Position numbers and translations under genes: made by a program. A stretch of 63,351 nucleotides of DNA, filler included, from Octopus bimaculoides (Eukaryota), in NCBI RefSeq assembly GCF_001194135.2. It is 7 parts of 6 records of this genome, joined end to end, with 100 filler letters (N's around TTAATTAATTAA, not from the genome) between each part and the next. Parts side by side here need not be neighbours in the genome. Positions count along the whole stretch, not along the records: positions 25,682 to 54,766 come from NC_068985.1; positions 54,867 to 56,498 come from NC_068998.1; positions 56,599 to 59,683 come from NC_068986.1; positions 59,784 to 61,509 come from NW_026390248.1; positions 61,610 to 63,351 come from NC_068998.1; 2 more parts are not named here. The stretch is one strand, 5' to 3'. Of the stretch, positions 50,883 to 63,351 are shown piece after piece; position 1 is the first letter of the stretch; every line of letters starts with the position of its first letter. The notes under the pieces are model-generated. The model did not search any database. It was not told where the DNA came from and saw nothing but the letters and a program-made list of their open reading frames with translations.

Positions 50883-50950
<68 letters not shown>

Positions 50951-51467
50951 GAGAGAGAGAGAGAGAGAGATTATTTGTATTATTATTTGATTGAACGTCA
51001 CACATCCCTTTCCAAATATATATATATAACATTAATATTATTACCGTATAGAGCATTTATGGAATTCTTTGATGGAGGGCTTAAAAATCTTCCATGAATA
51101 AAATAATGTTTTACTAAAAACATAGAGAGACGTCAGATTTTGTATCGCAATGAATGTGTCGATAATGTATGCAATCTTGAAATTGACTTAATGATGAACT
51201 TATTTTGAGAAATATAATTCTAGGTTAATTTCGTTGATAAAAGCTGGGCAAGAAACATGCAGTATATGTAATGCAGGTACAAAGACATTAATGAACATAC
51301 ACACACAAGCAATCGTGTATTTATACATACATGAATACATACATGCATACATACATACATATCTATACATACGTATATACAGACTCACGTATGCATGCAT
51401 ACATACATACACACATATGTGTGTGCGTGTTTGTGTGTTTGTGTATGCGTGAAAAAGAACCACTGAA

Positions 51468-51757
51468 GGCGAGTGGCATAGCGGTTATGATGTTTGGACT
51501 TACTATTGATAGATTGAGAGATCGATTCCCAGACCGAGCACGCGCAGTTTTCTTCTACAAAACACGTCATTCATTTAACTTTGCTCGAGTCCACTTAGCT
51601 GTATAAAGGTCACCCTCCAACGGACTAGCTTTTGTCGATCAGGAGAAATGTTGGACTACTCACCCGTCTAGCGGGTGGGGTGTCGTCAGTGGAAGCTAAA
51701 GGGACCAGCGATGTATAGTAACATCCGATTGTCTGGTCAACACCGTGGTACCTTGAG
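51468..51757 (+). mobile_element. Degenerate tRNA-headed SINE, family D
   Basis: A-box-like tggcatagcgg, B-box-like gatcgattccc, then the core ttgctcgagtccacttagctg. Confidence 0.45.
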
Positions 51758-51959
51758 ATATATATATGTATGTGTGTTTGTATACTGCATTAATATGCAC
51801 GTACTGATTGAATACAATATCTAAGTGATATCTGTTCATTAAAGACATTTGTACAACGTTGTACAATATTCGAAAGAAAAATTACACCGATCCCGGGAGT
51901 AACATATGGAAGAAAGGAATACATTTTCTTTTCAATTACGTGTATCACTTTACAATATG

Positions 51960-52040
<81 letters not shown>

Positions 52041-52339
52041 TACTTTTCGGACAAGGCCAACATATATTGACGAAAGTGGGGAATGGATTATATAGACCTC
52101 AGGTTTGTATTCATCTCACCGATCTCGAAAGGATGAAATTCAAGGTCGATCTAGATGGCAATGGAGTTTAAAACGTAAGGCCAGAAGAAACAGCGATAAG
52201 CACTGTATAACGTGTACCAACTATCTTGCCAGGGTTCACTCTTAAAATAAATTAAAATAAAAATGATTTTGTAGAGAATTCAAACTGGATAATTTGCCTG
52301 TATAATGTGTTCAAATATCTATTGTAGTTTATATCCATT

Positions 52340-52788
52340 TCATGTATAAGCCGTTAGACTGCCGCCATGCTGCGTGGCATGCTGGGGAACCGCCTTCAAG
52401 AATTTCTAATCAAATGATTCAACCCCAATACTTACATTTTTCAAACCTGTTACTTATTTTATCTGTGTTTTACTTAACGCTAAGTTACGGGGACGTAAAC
52501 GCTCTAACATCGGTTGTCAAACGTAGTGGCGGTGATGTGGAAAAATATATATACACACACACATGTACATACATAAATATTTATATATATATATATATGT
52601 ATATGTATGTAAGTATGTATGTATATACAGCAGGCTTCTTTCAGTTTCCGTCTACGAAATTGATTCACATGCCTTTGGTCAGCCCGAGGTTATAGTAGAA
52701 GACACCTGCCTATGTTGTTGTGTCGTGGGACTGACCTGGAACCACGTAGTGGCTCACGATCTTGTTACCATATAGCCAAGCGTGCTCC
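52340..52788 (-). mobile_element. SINE family A, degenerate full length
   Basis: Reverse complement of head, microsatellite and tail. Confidence 0.8.
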
Positions 52789-52820
52789 TATATGTGTAAA
52801 ATAAGAATTTGCTTTTAAAG

Positions 52821-52995
52821 CCTTTCATGTCTTGTTGGTAGTAGTGTTAAATTCATTGATGGATTATGTCTACTTCACAAGACATCGGAAATACCGTGGA
52901 AGGAATTGTGTCGCAAAAGGCATGTAACTGAGTATATCGAAGTCGGTTTTCATCCAGTAATGTATGATTGCAAAGTAAATCTCAAAATAACACAG
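52821..52995 (+). CDS. Candidate internal coding exon, product unknown
   Basis: 58 open codons LSCLVGSSVKFIDGLCLLHKTSEIPWKELCRKRHVTEYIEVGFHPVMYDCKVNLKITQ, between ttttaaag| and CAG|GTGTGT. Confidence 0.3.
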
Positions 52996-53149
52996 GTGTG
53001 TATGCTGAAATATTTTTATTACACTTATATTCATTTGCACACATCAAAAATGAATACATGTCACACATAGAGAGAAGAATTATTTTCTAAAAAGAGAAGA
53101 CCTGACAAAAACAGTAAATAAAACCAATGAGTTTGCGAATGCGGCGACA

Positions 53150-53340
53150 TGACGGTATCGTTACCTCGCAAGAAAAATGGCTTGGTGCGTTTTCTTCTGA
53201 CTTTAAGCTCTGAGTTTACATGCCACCTGGATCGACTTCACCTTTTATAATTTCGGGGGTCGATAAAATAAGTACCACTTGATGTAATCGTCTTACTTTC
53301 TTCCCCGAAATTGCTGGCCTTGTACCAAAATTTGAAATCA
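53150..53340 (+). mobile_element. SINE family B, degenerate
   Basis: Core tttcgggggtcgataaaataagtaccac and tail gaaattgctggccttgtacc. Confidence 0.75.
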
Positions 53341-53568
53341 ACATGATTGAGATTGGCAACCTTGTCAGTAGTTGTATTCATTGAACTACTGTCGTTTTAT
53401 AGATTTCTTTCCGTTACGACCAGATTTCAAATTCCCGGTTTGTTTCTCATTCTTCTAGATGGTCAATAAAATCAGTAATGTATTCGATCTATGTTTGTGT
53501 GTTCAAATTTAAGCACATGCATTCACAATGAGACTTAACAAATATGCGTGTGTATGGAGAGAGAAAGA

Positions 53569-53628
<60 letters not shown>

Positions 53629-54114
53629 ACGAGCATGTCCTTATATGTATATGTATGTGCGTCTGTTTTCTGATTGAAGAACGAGAAGAAATTTGAAAAG
53701 CAAGAGAGATAGATGGAATTCACTTACAGTCATATACCTGATTTAATTTTCAATGTTTAATGAATAGTTTATTCAATTAGATATATAATTTCTACTTTAG
53801 CTATTATCTTTCAAAACACGTAGTTCCTTAAATAGGCATCAGTTTTACTAGAATATTTTTTCTTACCGTCTAGAAATTAAAATACGAGTACATATGAGTG
53901 GCATTATTATAGTATAGAACGTGCTAGCTTTATAACTTGTAAATTAATTTATATTGTCTGCGCCAGGTCAGACATCTCTCGAGGAGGTCATTAATTGAGT
54001 GGAATCCATCAGGTTGTCAGAACAGAAAAAAAATATGACGTCCCAAGGTGTAACATTATCTGTTTAATACACGGTTTCCCATCAGGAATCCTGCAACTAA
54101 AATTGTCAGAACAG

Positions 54115-54335
54115 AAATAGGCAAGCTGGCAGAATCGTAGTTATCGAGATACACAAAATGTTTCGCAGTATTTCTTTTGTCTATGTATGTTCTCAGTTCA
54201 AATGCCGCCGATGTGGACTCCGGATTTATCCTTTCGAAATCAATATGATAATTGCCAGTCAAGCAGTGGATTCGAACAAATGACTAACCCGTTCCCCTCA
54301 AAATAGCTAGTTTTGTACCAAAATTAGAAAGAATC
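54115..54335 (+). mobile_element. SINE family B, degenerate
   Basis: Head ggcaagctggcagaatcg; B-box region ctcagttcaaatgccgccg. Confidence 0.7.
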
Positions 54336-54866
54336 ATGTTAGAAGGTTAACATGTGTAAAAGACATAACCGCAAATACAACAAGTTATACTCTAATATAC
54401 CAGTCGGCTATACTGTTTTCAAATTCCAGCACAACGCCAGTAGTTTCGGGCGAAGCTAGTACTTATTTTACAGACCAAAAAAAAAAAAAAAAAAAGAATT
54501 CAATTTCGGCAGAATTTGAACTCAGAACGTAAGCACGGACGAAATACGACTACCAGTTCTGCTTAAAGAGGGTAACAATTCAGCTAGCCTGCGATTTTGC
54601 TAATTCTGTATTATTATTTGTAATACACTACTTGATAATGTTTAAATCACAAGAGGAATGCTCCCAGATTCACACAATTTTTCCAAGTTCCATTTTCTGT
54701 AATTTTGTATTTTATGTGTTTAGCAACAGTTTAAAGAATCTAAACAAAGCAATATCACTCGGTCATNNNNNNNNNNNNNNNNNNNNNNNNNNNNNNNNNN
54801 NNNNNNNNNNTTAATTAATTAANNNNNNNNNNNNNNNNNNNNNNNNNNNNNNNNNNNNNNNNNNNN

Positions 54867-54900
<34 letters not shown>

Positions 54901-55381
54901 AAATCTACATAGTAGACACACAAACATGCCAAATCTAACTATTTCCCCGTAGTCTGAAATTGAAAACGTTATGCAGAGGTTTAATCAAATTTTGATACTT
55001 ATGTCTACATCATTTGATCAATCCTAGAGAAGTAATCGGCCAATGCGTTTATATACACAACAAACCCATTAGCTCCAGAGAACTGGAGTTACTAATTTGC
55101 ATACTGTAAGTGTTTAACACTTTACTTAATACCAGTTCACACAGTATCAAGTTATGCTATAAGATATGTAAACCTACGTTGTTGGCATACAAACAGAACA
55201 AATTTGACTATTTATCCGTTGTCTGAAAAACAAATGATGAACAGCTTTAATTGATTTTTGACTCTTATTGAGGTCTCATCAGATGTATTTGCTAGCAACC
55301 TTACCAAGCTTCACCCGTGCTTATTAATTATACCTTAACTTATAGTAACAAGATGAATTCCTTATATTTTATTCTTAATTC

Positions 55382-55870
55382 TTTTATTCTTTCACTTATT
55401 TCAGTCATTTAACTTAAGGGGTTTTAGTCGAACAAATTGACCCCAGGACTTATTTTTTAAACTAAGTACCTATTTTATCAGTCTCTTTTGTTCAACTGCT
55501 AGGTTACGGAGACGTAAAAACACCAACACCGGTTGTCAAGCGTTGATGGGTGGGGGAGGGACAAACAAATGATGAACAGCTTTAATTGATTTTCGACTCT
55601 TATTGGGGTCTCATCAGATGTATTTGATAGAAAACACAGGGACAAACACAGACACAGACACAAAACACACACACACGCGCACACGCACACACACACATAA
55701 ATATATATGCGACGGGCTTCTCTGTTTCCGTCTACCAGATCCACACACGAAGTTTTGGTCGGCCCGAGACTATAGTAGAAGACACTTGCCCAAGGTGACA
55801 CGCAGAGGGACTGAACCCGGAATCATGTAGTTAGGAAGCTAGCTTCTTACCACATAGCCACGCCTGCGCC
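55382..55870 (-). mobile_element. SINE family A with an internal 65-bp hammerhead-like insert
   Basis: Head ends at gcctgcgcc (55870); insert 55563-55627 duplicates 55228-55292. Confidence 0.88.
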
Positions 55871-55874
55871 TATA

Positions 55875-55998
55875 AAAGATGTTTATAACATCTAGGTTTC
55901 CCAAGCGGTCACTCATCTAAGTACTAACTAGGCTCGACATTGCTTAACATTAGTGATGGGACGAGAACCCGTGTTTTCAAAGTGATATGGCCGTTTTG
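55875..55998 (-). pseudogene. 5S rRNA pseudogene with oligo-T terminator
   Basis: Reverse complement acggccatatcactttgaaaacacgggttctcgtcccatcactaatgttaagcaatgtcgagcctagttagtacttagatgagtgaccgcttgggaaacctagatgttataaac-atctttt. Confidence 0.9.
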
Positions 55999-56934
55999 CG
56001 TAGATTGTTTTAATAAGATGCAGACAGCCTTTAATTCGTCCGGGAATGTTACTTCGTCCAGTATCGAAGAAGAGATAACTGAGCTTCATAAAGCTTTATT
56101 AAAAGAAAAAAAAAATGATAAAAACAAAAATAGAACCTAAAAGAAAATTTTTACCCTTAATTTAATATTGTCAAGGAAAATATTCGTTCGCAAAATATTT
56201 GATTAATTTACATAATAAATACTCTAAATGAATCATTTTTCTAATCAGTAGAATTTTCCGTTGCATTACAGCGCTTCTGGGTATATAATATCAGCTTTTC
56301 TGGCAGGAATTAAAAAAAAAAATAGAACAATGTTCAACGAGAGTTAGCTACCCTATGACCATCTCCTTAGCAAGTTGTGCCCCAACGTAAACGTTCAGCA
56401 AAGTCAATGCAAAAACGATGGCCTACAATGCAGAACGCACATACATACATTCATATATATATATATATATATATACATACATATATCTATATATATATNN
56501 NNNNNNNNNNNNNNNNNNNNNNNNNNNNNNNNNNNNNNNNNNTTAATTAATTAANNNNNNNNNNNNNNNNNNNNNNNNNNNNNNNNNNNNNNNNNNNNTT
56601 ACTCCAGATTGATAGCGATATTTTTGATACACACAGAACAAAAAACAATAGAGAAGAGTAAAAAACACTTGCCTTTAGTTAATTTAGTACAATTGTTTCA
56701 CAGTTAAGAGTACATAATACTCTATTCTGATCTTCAGCTAAATATTCTAATAAATTTGTTAATGTCTAAGTAGTTCTTTGACTGCTATTTCTGAATTCTC
56801 AGTATGTTGGAGAAGCAGGTTACTGTCAATCCCTATATATTTATGATTATATATATATATATATATATGATAGAGCGCTAACCACTACAAACATTTTTTT
56901 CTCTGCTTGTTTCTCTCCGTTTCCTTCTGTCTTC

Positions 56935-56970
56935 CTTTCTGTGGAAGAGCGTAGGCTCGAAACGTTAAAG
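56935..56970 (+). ncRNA. Minimal hammerhead motif with a variant core
   Basis: cttt-CTGTGGA-a-gagc-gtag-gctc-GAAACGTT-aaag; A6 is replaced by U. Confidence 0.5.
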
Positions 56971-57801
56971 ACTTTTTCAATTCCCGAACGTTATACTAAT
57001 ACATCTGTTTGTTTTCTACACCACCTGTCTTCGTCTTTAGTTTTTTGGGGTTTTTTTTGTGAATTCTGCCTATATATATATATATCAAAGAAGAAAATGG
57101 AGATTGAGAAGTTAATAATTGTTTATTATTAATAGCAAAATGGTCATCTTGACTTACAGCTGTTTCTATGAATATTCAATAAACATTGAATTCACATTTT
57201 TACGACATGAGTATATTATCATCAGAGGAAACAAGACGTACCTTTGCATGCTGTTTGTTTGTTTGTGAATACATTTTAGCAGACTGAATGTTACGGTTTA
57301 TGCTCGGGCGGGGACTTAACAGGATTATAATTAATTATAAACTTACTTTATTTGAATTTAACTTTCCTTTATCACCTCTATTTCTTTAATTTATTCATAT
57401 CTAATCAACCTGTAAAATCCTCACCCGAGCATATAACAATATGAATCATAAACCGTAACATTCAGTCTACTAAAATGAATTCACAAACAAACATACAGCA
57501 TCCAAAAGTACATCTTTTTTTTTCTGATGATGATATTATGCTCATGTTACATACATGTAAATTTAATGTTTATTGGGTATTAATAGAAACGGCTGTAAGT
57601 GAAGATGACCAATTTGCTGTTAATAATAAACAATTATTAACTTCACAATCGCAATGTTCTTCTTTTAAATGAATAGAAACTATATGCTTAATATATACCT
57701 ATTATTTTAAGGAAATTCATTCCCCCAGAATACTTGGTATTGAACTAATATTTCCTTGGATGAAACCATCCTTTCATGAGGTTAACACATCCTCTAATTA
57801 A

Positions 57802-57842
<41 letters not shown>

Positions 57843-58434
57843 TGTGTGTCTATATANNNNNNNNNNNNNNNNNNNNNNNNNNNNNNNNNNNNNNNNNNNN
57901 NNNNNNNNNNNNNNNNNNNNNNNNNNNNNNNNNNNNNNNNNNNNNNNNNNNNNNNNNNNNNNNNNNNNNNNNNNNNNNNNNNNNNNNNNNNNNNNNNNNN
58001 NNNNNNNNNNNNNNNNNNNNNNNNNNNNNNNNNNNNNNNNNNNNNNNNNNNNNNNNNNNNNNNNNNNNNNNNNNNNNNNNNNNNNNNNNNNNNNNNNNNN
58101 NNNNNNNNNNNNNNNNNNNNNNNNNNNNNNNNNNNNNNNNNNNNNNNNNNNNNNNNNNNNNNNNNNNNNNNNNNNNNNNNNNNNNNNNNNNNNNNNNNNN
58201 NNNNNNNNNNNNNNNNNNNNNNNNNNNNNNNNNNNNNNNNNNNNNNNNNNNNNNNNNNNNNNNNNNNNNNNNNNNNNNNNNNNNNNNNNNNNNNNNNNNN
58301 NNNNNNNNNNNNNNNNNNNNNNNNNNNNNNNNNNNNNNNNNNNNNNNNNNNNNNNNNNNNNNNNNNNNNNNNNNNNNNNNNNNNNNNNNNNNNNNNNNNN
58401 NNNNNNNNNNNNNNNNNNNNNNNNNNNNNNNNNG

Positions 58435-58497
<63 letters not shown>

Positions 58498-59154
58498 GTA
58501 TGTATATATGTATGTGTGTGTATGTATGTATATGTTTTCTTACAAACATACGATATACAGAAATATGTATATTTATGAACACATATTCACTCGCACGGAC
58601 ATGAAAAGGGAGAAAGAGAGAAAGAAAGAGATGAAAATATACGAGAGATAACATTTGTCTATCTTAGCGTGCTTGTATAAAAGCGTGTATGAGGGCATGT
58701 ATACGTACATGTATATATGTGTGTGTTTATGTAAGCCTGTATGTATATTTGCGTGTGTTTGTATATGATCTTATTTTCGACCTATCATCCAAATATTTTT
58801 GGCATATTACCAGCAACAGGTTATATGCTTTGCTTTTATCAATTTTGAAGAAATTATTTGAGCAGAATTGGTTTGCGGCTGGCTTGATAAGACGGCAGAC
58901 GTGTAGAGGTTACAACAGGACAATATCTACGTTGTTTAATGGATAGTGATCTCGCTTTTCCTCTATATTTATCTGCATCTCTACACGCTCACACTATCAT
59001 TCAATCTGTCGATAATTCCGTTCGTCTGTATTTGTGTAGGTTACGTTAGTCTGACTCTCTGTCTGTCTCCTGGTTGACCTCCCTTATTCTATATTTGTTT
59101 CGTTTCTTTTCTTCTTGCGATTACAACTAATCTCTCTCTCTCTTTTCATTTCTT

Positions 59155-59203
<49 letters not shown>

Positions 59204-59335
59204 TTGTCACTCCACACAGACACAGACATGTATACAGAGTCATACATATACACATATTCAGATGTTTATATTTATGTGTGTGTGTGTATACAGGAATATA
59301 TGTGTATTTATATGTGTGTGCGCNNNNNNNNNNGC

Positions 59336-59378
<43 letters not shown>

Positions 59379-59402
59379 TTATACATACATATATGTACAT
59401 AT

Positions 59403-59560
59403 ATTCTTTTATTACTTTCAGTACTTTGACTGCGGCTATGCTGGAGCAACGCGTTAGTCGAACAAATCTTTGCATTCTTTGTGTTATGCTATCGGTCTGT
59501 TTTGTCGAACTGCTAGGTTAAACACACCAACATCGGTGGGGAGGGGTACAAACACAGACA
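59403..59560 (-). mobile_element. SINE family A tail, degenerate
   Basis: tttcagtactttgactgcggctatgctggagc...ttgtcgaactgctaggt. Confidence 0.7.
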
Positions 59561-59635
59561 CACAAAACTGCGCGCGCGCATACATACATACATACATGCA
59601 TACATACATATATACATACATATATATATATATAT

Positions 59636-59681
<46 letters not shown>

Positions 59682-60023
59682 ATNNNNNNNNNNNNNNNNN
59701 NNNNNNNNNNNNNNNNNNNNNNNNNNNTTAATTAATTAANNNNNNNNNNNNNNNNNNNNNNNNNNNNNNNNNNNNNNNNNNNNCATACCTCCATCATCAG
59801 CTGCCCCACAGATATCATTATGGTTTCGACATCATGTGTATATCTGTGTGTGTGCGTGTGTGCATATGTGTGTGTATATGTATGTGTGTGTGTGTGTTTT
59901 GGAAAAAGATTTAAAACTTTATTGCAAGTTTTAATCACTTATTTACTTAAAACTCATTCTTAAGTTCCACACCCTACCAAGTTATTGCCTTATACCGAAT
60001 ATGTATACGTAGACTTACTTGCA

Positions 60024-60098
<75 letters not shown>

Positions 60099-60963
60099 TT
60101 ATCTATCTATCCAACTCNNNNNNNNNNNNNNNNNNNNNNNNNNNNNNNNNNNNNNNNNNNNNNNNNNNNNNNNNNNNNNNNNNNNNNNNNNNNNNNNNNN
60201 NNNNNNNNNNNNNNNNNNNNNNNNNNNNNNNNNNNNNNNNNNNNNNNNNNNNNNNNNNNNNNNNNNNNNNNNNNNNNNNNNNNNNNNNNNNNNNNNNNNN
60301 NNNNNNNNNNNNNNNNNNNNNNNNNNNNNNNNNNNNNNNNNNNNNNNNNNNNNNNNNNNNNNNNNNNNNNNNGTGTGCGTGTATTTCCGCATGCGATCTG
60401 TGTATGTAGGCAGCTTAAAAATCTTATAGACAGCTGACGTAAATCCTTTACTAAAATATCAAGAGATACAAAATTCTTTGAAAAATGTCAACTCGCAGAA
60501 GCTACAATGGAACCAGTTATCTTGCCGCAACAGACTGAGATTAAACCACAGATAGTAAATACCCGAGAGTAATCATTTTTTTTACTCTGTTTCCATTAAT
60601 ACAGACAGCAATTAGTTATGTGAATATATCTCCAGAGAGACAGAGCCATATGTTCACACGCTAATCGATATGCGACGTATGACTTTCCGTGATTAAAATT
60701 AAAGAGAGCTGATCTTTGCTCTTGCAGGCATTTAGTTTAGTCGCTAATAATATCTGTTCATGTTTGTTAATGTTGTTTGCTGCTAAGAAGAACGACGTAT
60801 TTGCAACATAACTTCTGGAAGTTTATTTAAAAACCATCATATCTCGATTTATGCATGTGCATGTCTGTGTAATTATTGTGTAGATAGAAGTGACTATTGT
60901 GGTAGTCGTTGTTAATACTGCTGCCGGAACACGCTTTTTCATAATTGTTTGTATATGTATATA

Positions 60964-61385
60964 CAGGGTGCGATGAATAAACTGTCGTCTAAATTAAGCA
61001 AAGATGAAAATAACACTGACATCTCATTTTCACAGATATATTTACCAAAATTACATAAAAATATCTTGAAATATTAAAGAGTAAGTTTATTCAATAAAAT
61101 TGCCATTGGCTTCAACTACGGCCTCCAGACGACTTCGAGAATTTCCTGCTACTATTCTGGATGGTCTCCTTGTTTAAGTTGGTGAATGTTGCCATAATCC
61201 TTGCCTTCAGTTCATCTTTGGTGTTACAAGGAGTTTTGCTGGTCTCTCGCTCAACTGTGCCCCACACGTGATAATTAAGGGGGTTGCAGTTTGGAGAGTT
61301 AGGTGGCCAGATGTGAGGGGTGAAGCTGTCTGAAACCATGACTGGGTTCTCCTGCTTGTGTGGCATGGTGCAGAGTACTGCTGCT
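60964..61385 (-). mobile_element. Tc1/mariner DNA transposon remnant (transposase C-terminus and one end)
   Basis: WPPNSPNCNPLNYHVWGTVERET matches the WPPNSPDLNPLDY motif; the terminus TA|CAGGGTG lies at 60962-60970. Confidence 0.88.
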
Positions 61386-61609
61386 AGTTATTCGACAGCT
61401 ACAATCACTCCTAGAATTCTTGACCGCTAGTTAATTTCTTGACCACTACTTAACTTACAAAAACAGATAGTAGTAATCTACTAGCACAAGTTGGAATTAC
61501 CATGTTTTCNNNNNNNNNNNNNNNNNNNNNNNNNNNNNNNNNNNNNNNNNNNNTTAATTAATTAANNNNNNNNNNNNNNNNNNNNNNNNNNNNNNNNNNN
61601 NNNNNNNNN

Positions 61610-61669
<60 letters not shown>

Positions 61670-61776
61670 TGTGTGCGTGTGAGCCTTTATGTGCGTGCGT
61701 GTGTGTCTGTGTATACATATAATTTACGAACACGTATGTGCAGGCAGAATATATGTACGTATATATATATATATAG

Positions 61777-61810
<34 letters not shown>

Positions 61811-62663
61811 ATATATATGATACACACACACACGCGCACACACACACGCACGTACACATTTATCTATCACTTGCTTTCTCTGTGTGTATGTGTGTGTGCG
61901 TGAGTGTATTTTGCACATAACCTTATAACCCCGACGCAATTTCCTGAGTAACCCCACGACATTTTAATTTTATTATTCGGTTTTTAAACTTTATTTGATC
62001 TTATCGTACCCCATGTCTATCTGGACGACCCATGGCCCGGGGCTAGGGAATAGGCAATGGGTGGAGGAAGATAATGTGGTTGAAAAATGTGGTTTCGTGA
62101 AGATTAACAAACGAACATGTAAGGATGAGTGGTGATAACCAGGACTAAAGAGTGGTGGATTGGTTTGAGGTTGCGACACAGATCATGTGAGGAGGTGTAG
62201 GTTAGGTGTAGTGAAGCTAGAACGGAAGAGAAATTGAAGTGTTTGAGTGTAGTAAATAGATAATGTGTACGTATAGGTGGTGGAGGTGTAGAGCAATGTT
62301 TATGTGGAAAAGACATAAGTGTAATGGACGTGATGGCGTTTGTTGAAATGTGAGGGTTTCGTTTCGAAGAGGCAGGGTCTTGTTGCTCATGGAAACACTT
62401 GTTGGAAGTCACGTATGGCAACATCGGTTTCTTCAGGCTTGTGGATCGTTACCTCAATCTTCCTATTTGTACCATGCCGCTTGCGATATTGTATAAAACG
62501 ATGGAATTCCGATTTTTCGCTTGCATCGTGACGAACAAGAAAATTTTCGGTTAAACACGACGAAATTCAAAATTCGCAAAATAATTCTCTCTTCAAAAAA
62601 AAAAATATGAAAGAAAAGAAAAAACATTCAAGACACTGATACAAATGACCTCACGTGTATTCA

Positions 62664-62713
<50 letters not shown>

Positions 62714-62994
62714 AACTTAGCCATCTCAAGCAATAACTATTTCCCACGCACGTACTCATTGCTACACGCACACATACAAATACACATACATACATACATA
62801 CATACATACATACATACATACATACATACATACATACATACATACAGGTTTCTAGCTCTTTAGCCGTTGTCAATTCGGTCAATGTTGTTGACCGTTTTTA
62901 GTCAAAGATACAGCTTTAATCCTGCTTAGAGTTAACCCCGTTTCGGTATTTCCTCATGATAACTACAAACGTATATGAGGTCCGTGTTGCTCTT

Positions 62995-63351
<357 letters not shown>

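Overview
This is AT-rich, gapped eukaryotic draft-assembly sequence, with many N runs and six 100-bp spacers containing a TTAATTAATTAA linker. It is dominated by microsatellites and interspersed repeats. The repeat landscape looks like an octopod cephalopod; this is inferred from recalled SINE/LINE families, not from a database search. No host protein-coding gene can be identified with confidence, and nearly all ORF-track entries are microsatellite or gap artefacts. Well-supported content: two abundant tRNA-headed SINE families (called A and B here) plus two rarer ones; decayed RTE-clade and R4/Dong-like LINE 3' ends; a Tc1/mariner remnant; a DINE-1/HINE-like element; two 5S rRNA pseudogenes; a 191-bp palindrome; and a 5'-truncated Penelope-like element (GIY-YIG domain). 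The most interesting signal is that element's pseudo-LTR, which joins a tRNA-Ser-like Pol III promoter to a minimal hammerhead ribozyme and also occurs as a solo copy. Several other hammerhead motifs are scattered through the window. A repeat-poor island at about 35-40 kb has bidirectional-promoter-like motifs and strong splice signals. A few isolated candidate exons suggest host genes that could not be named.
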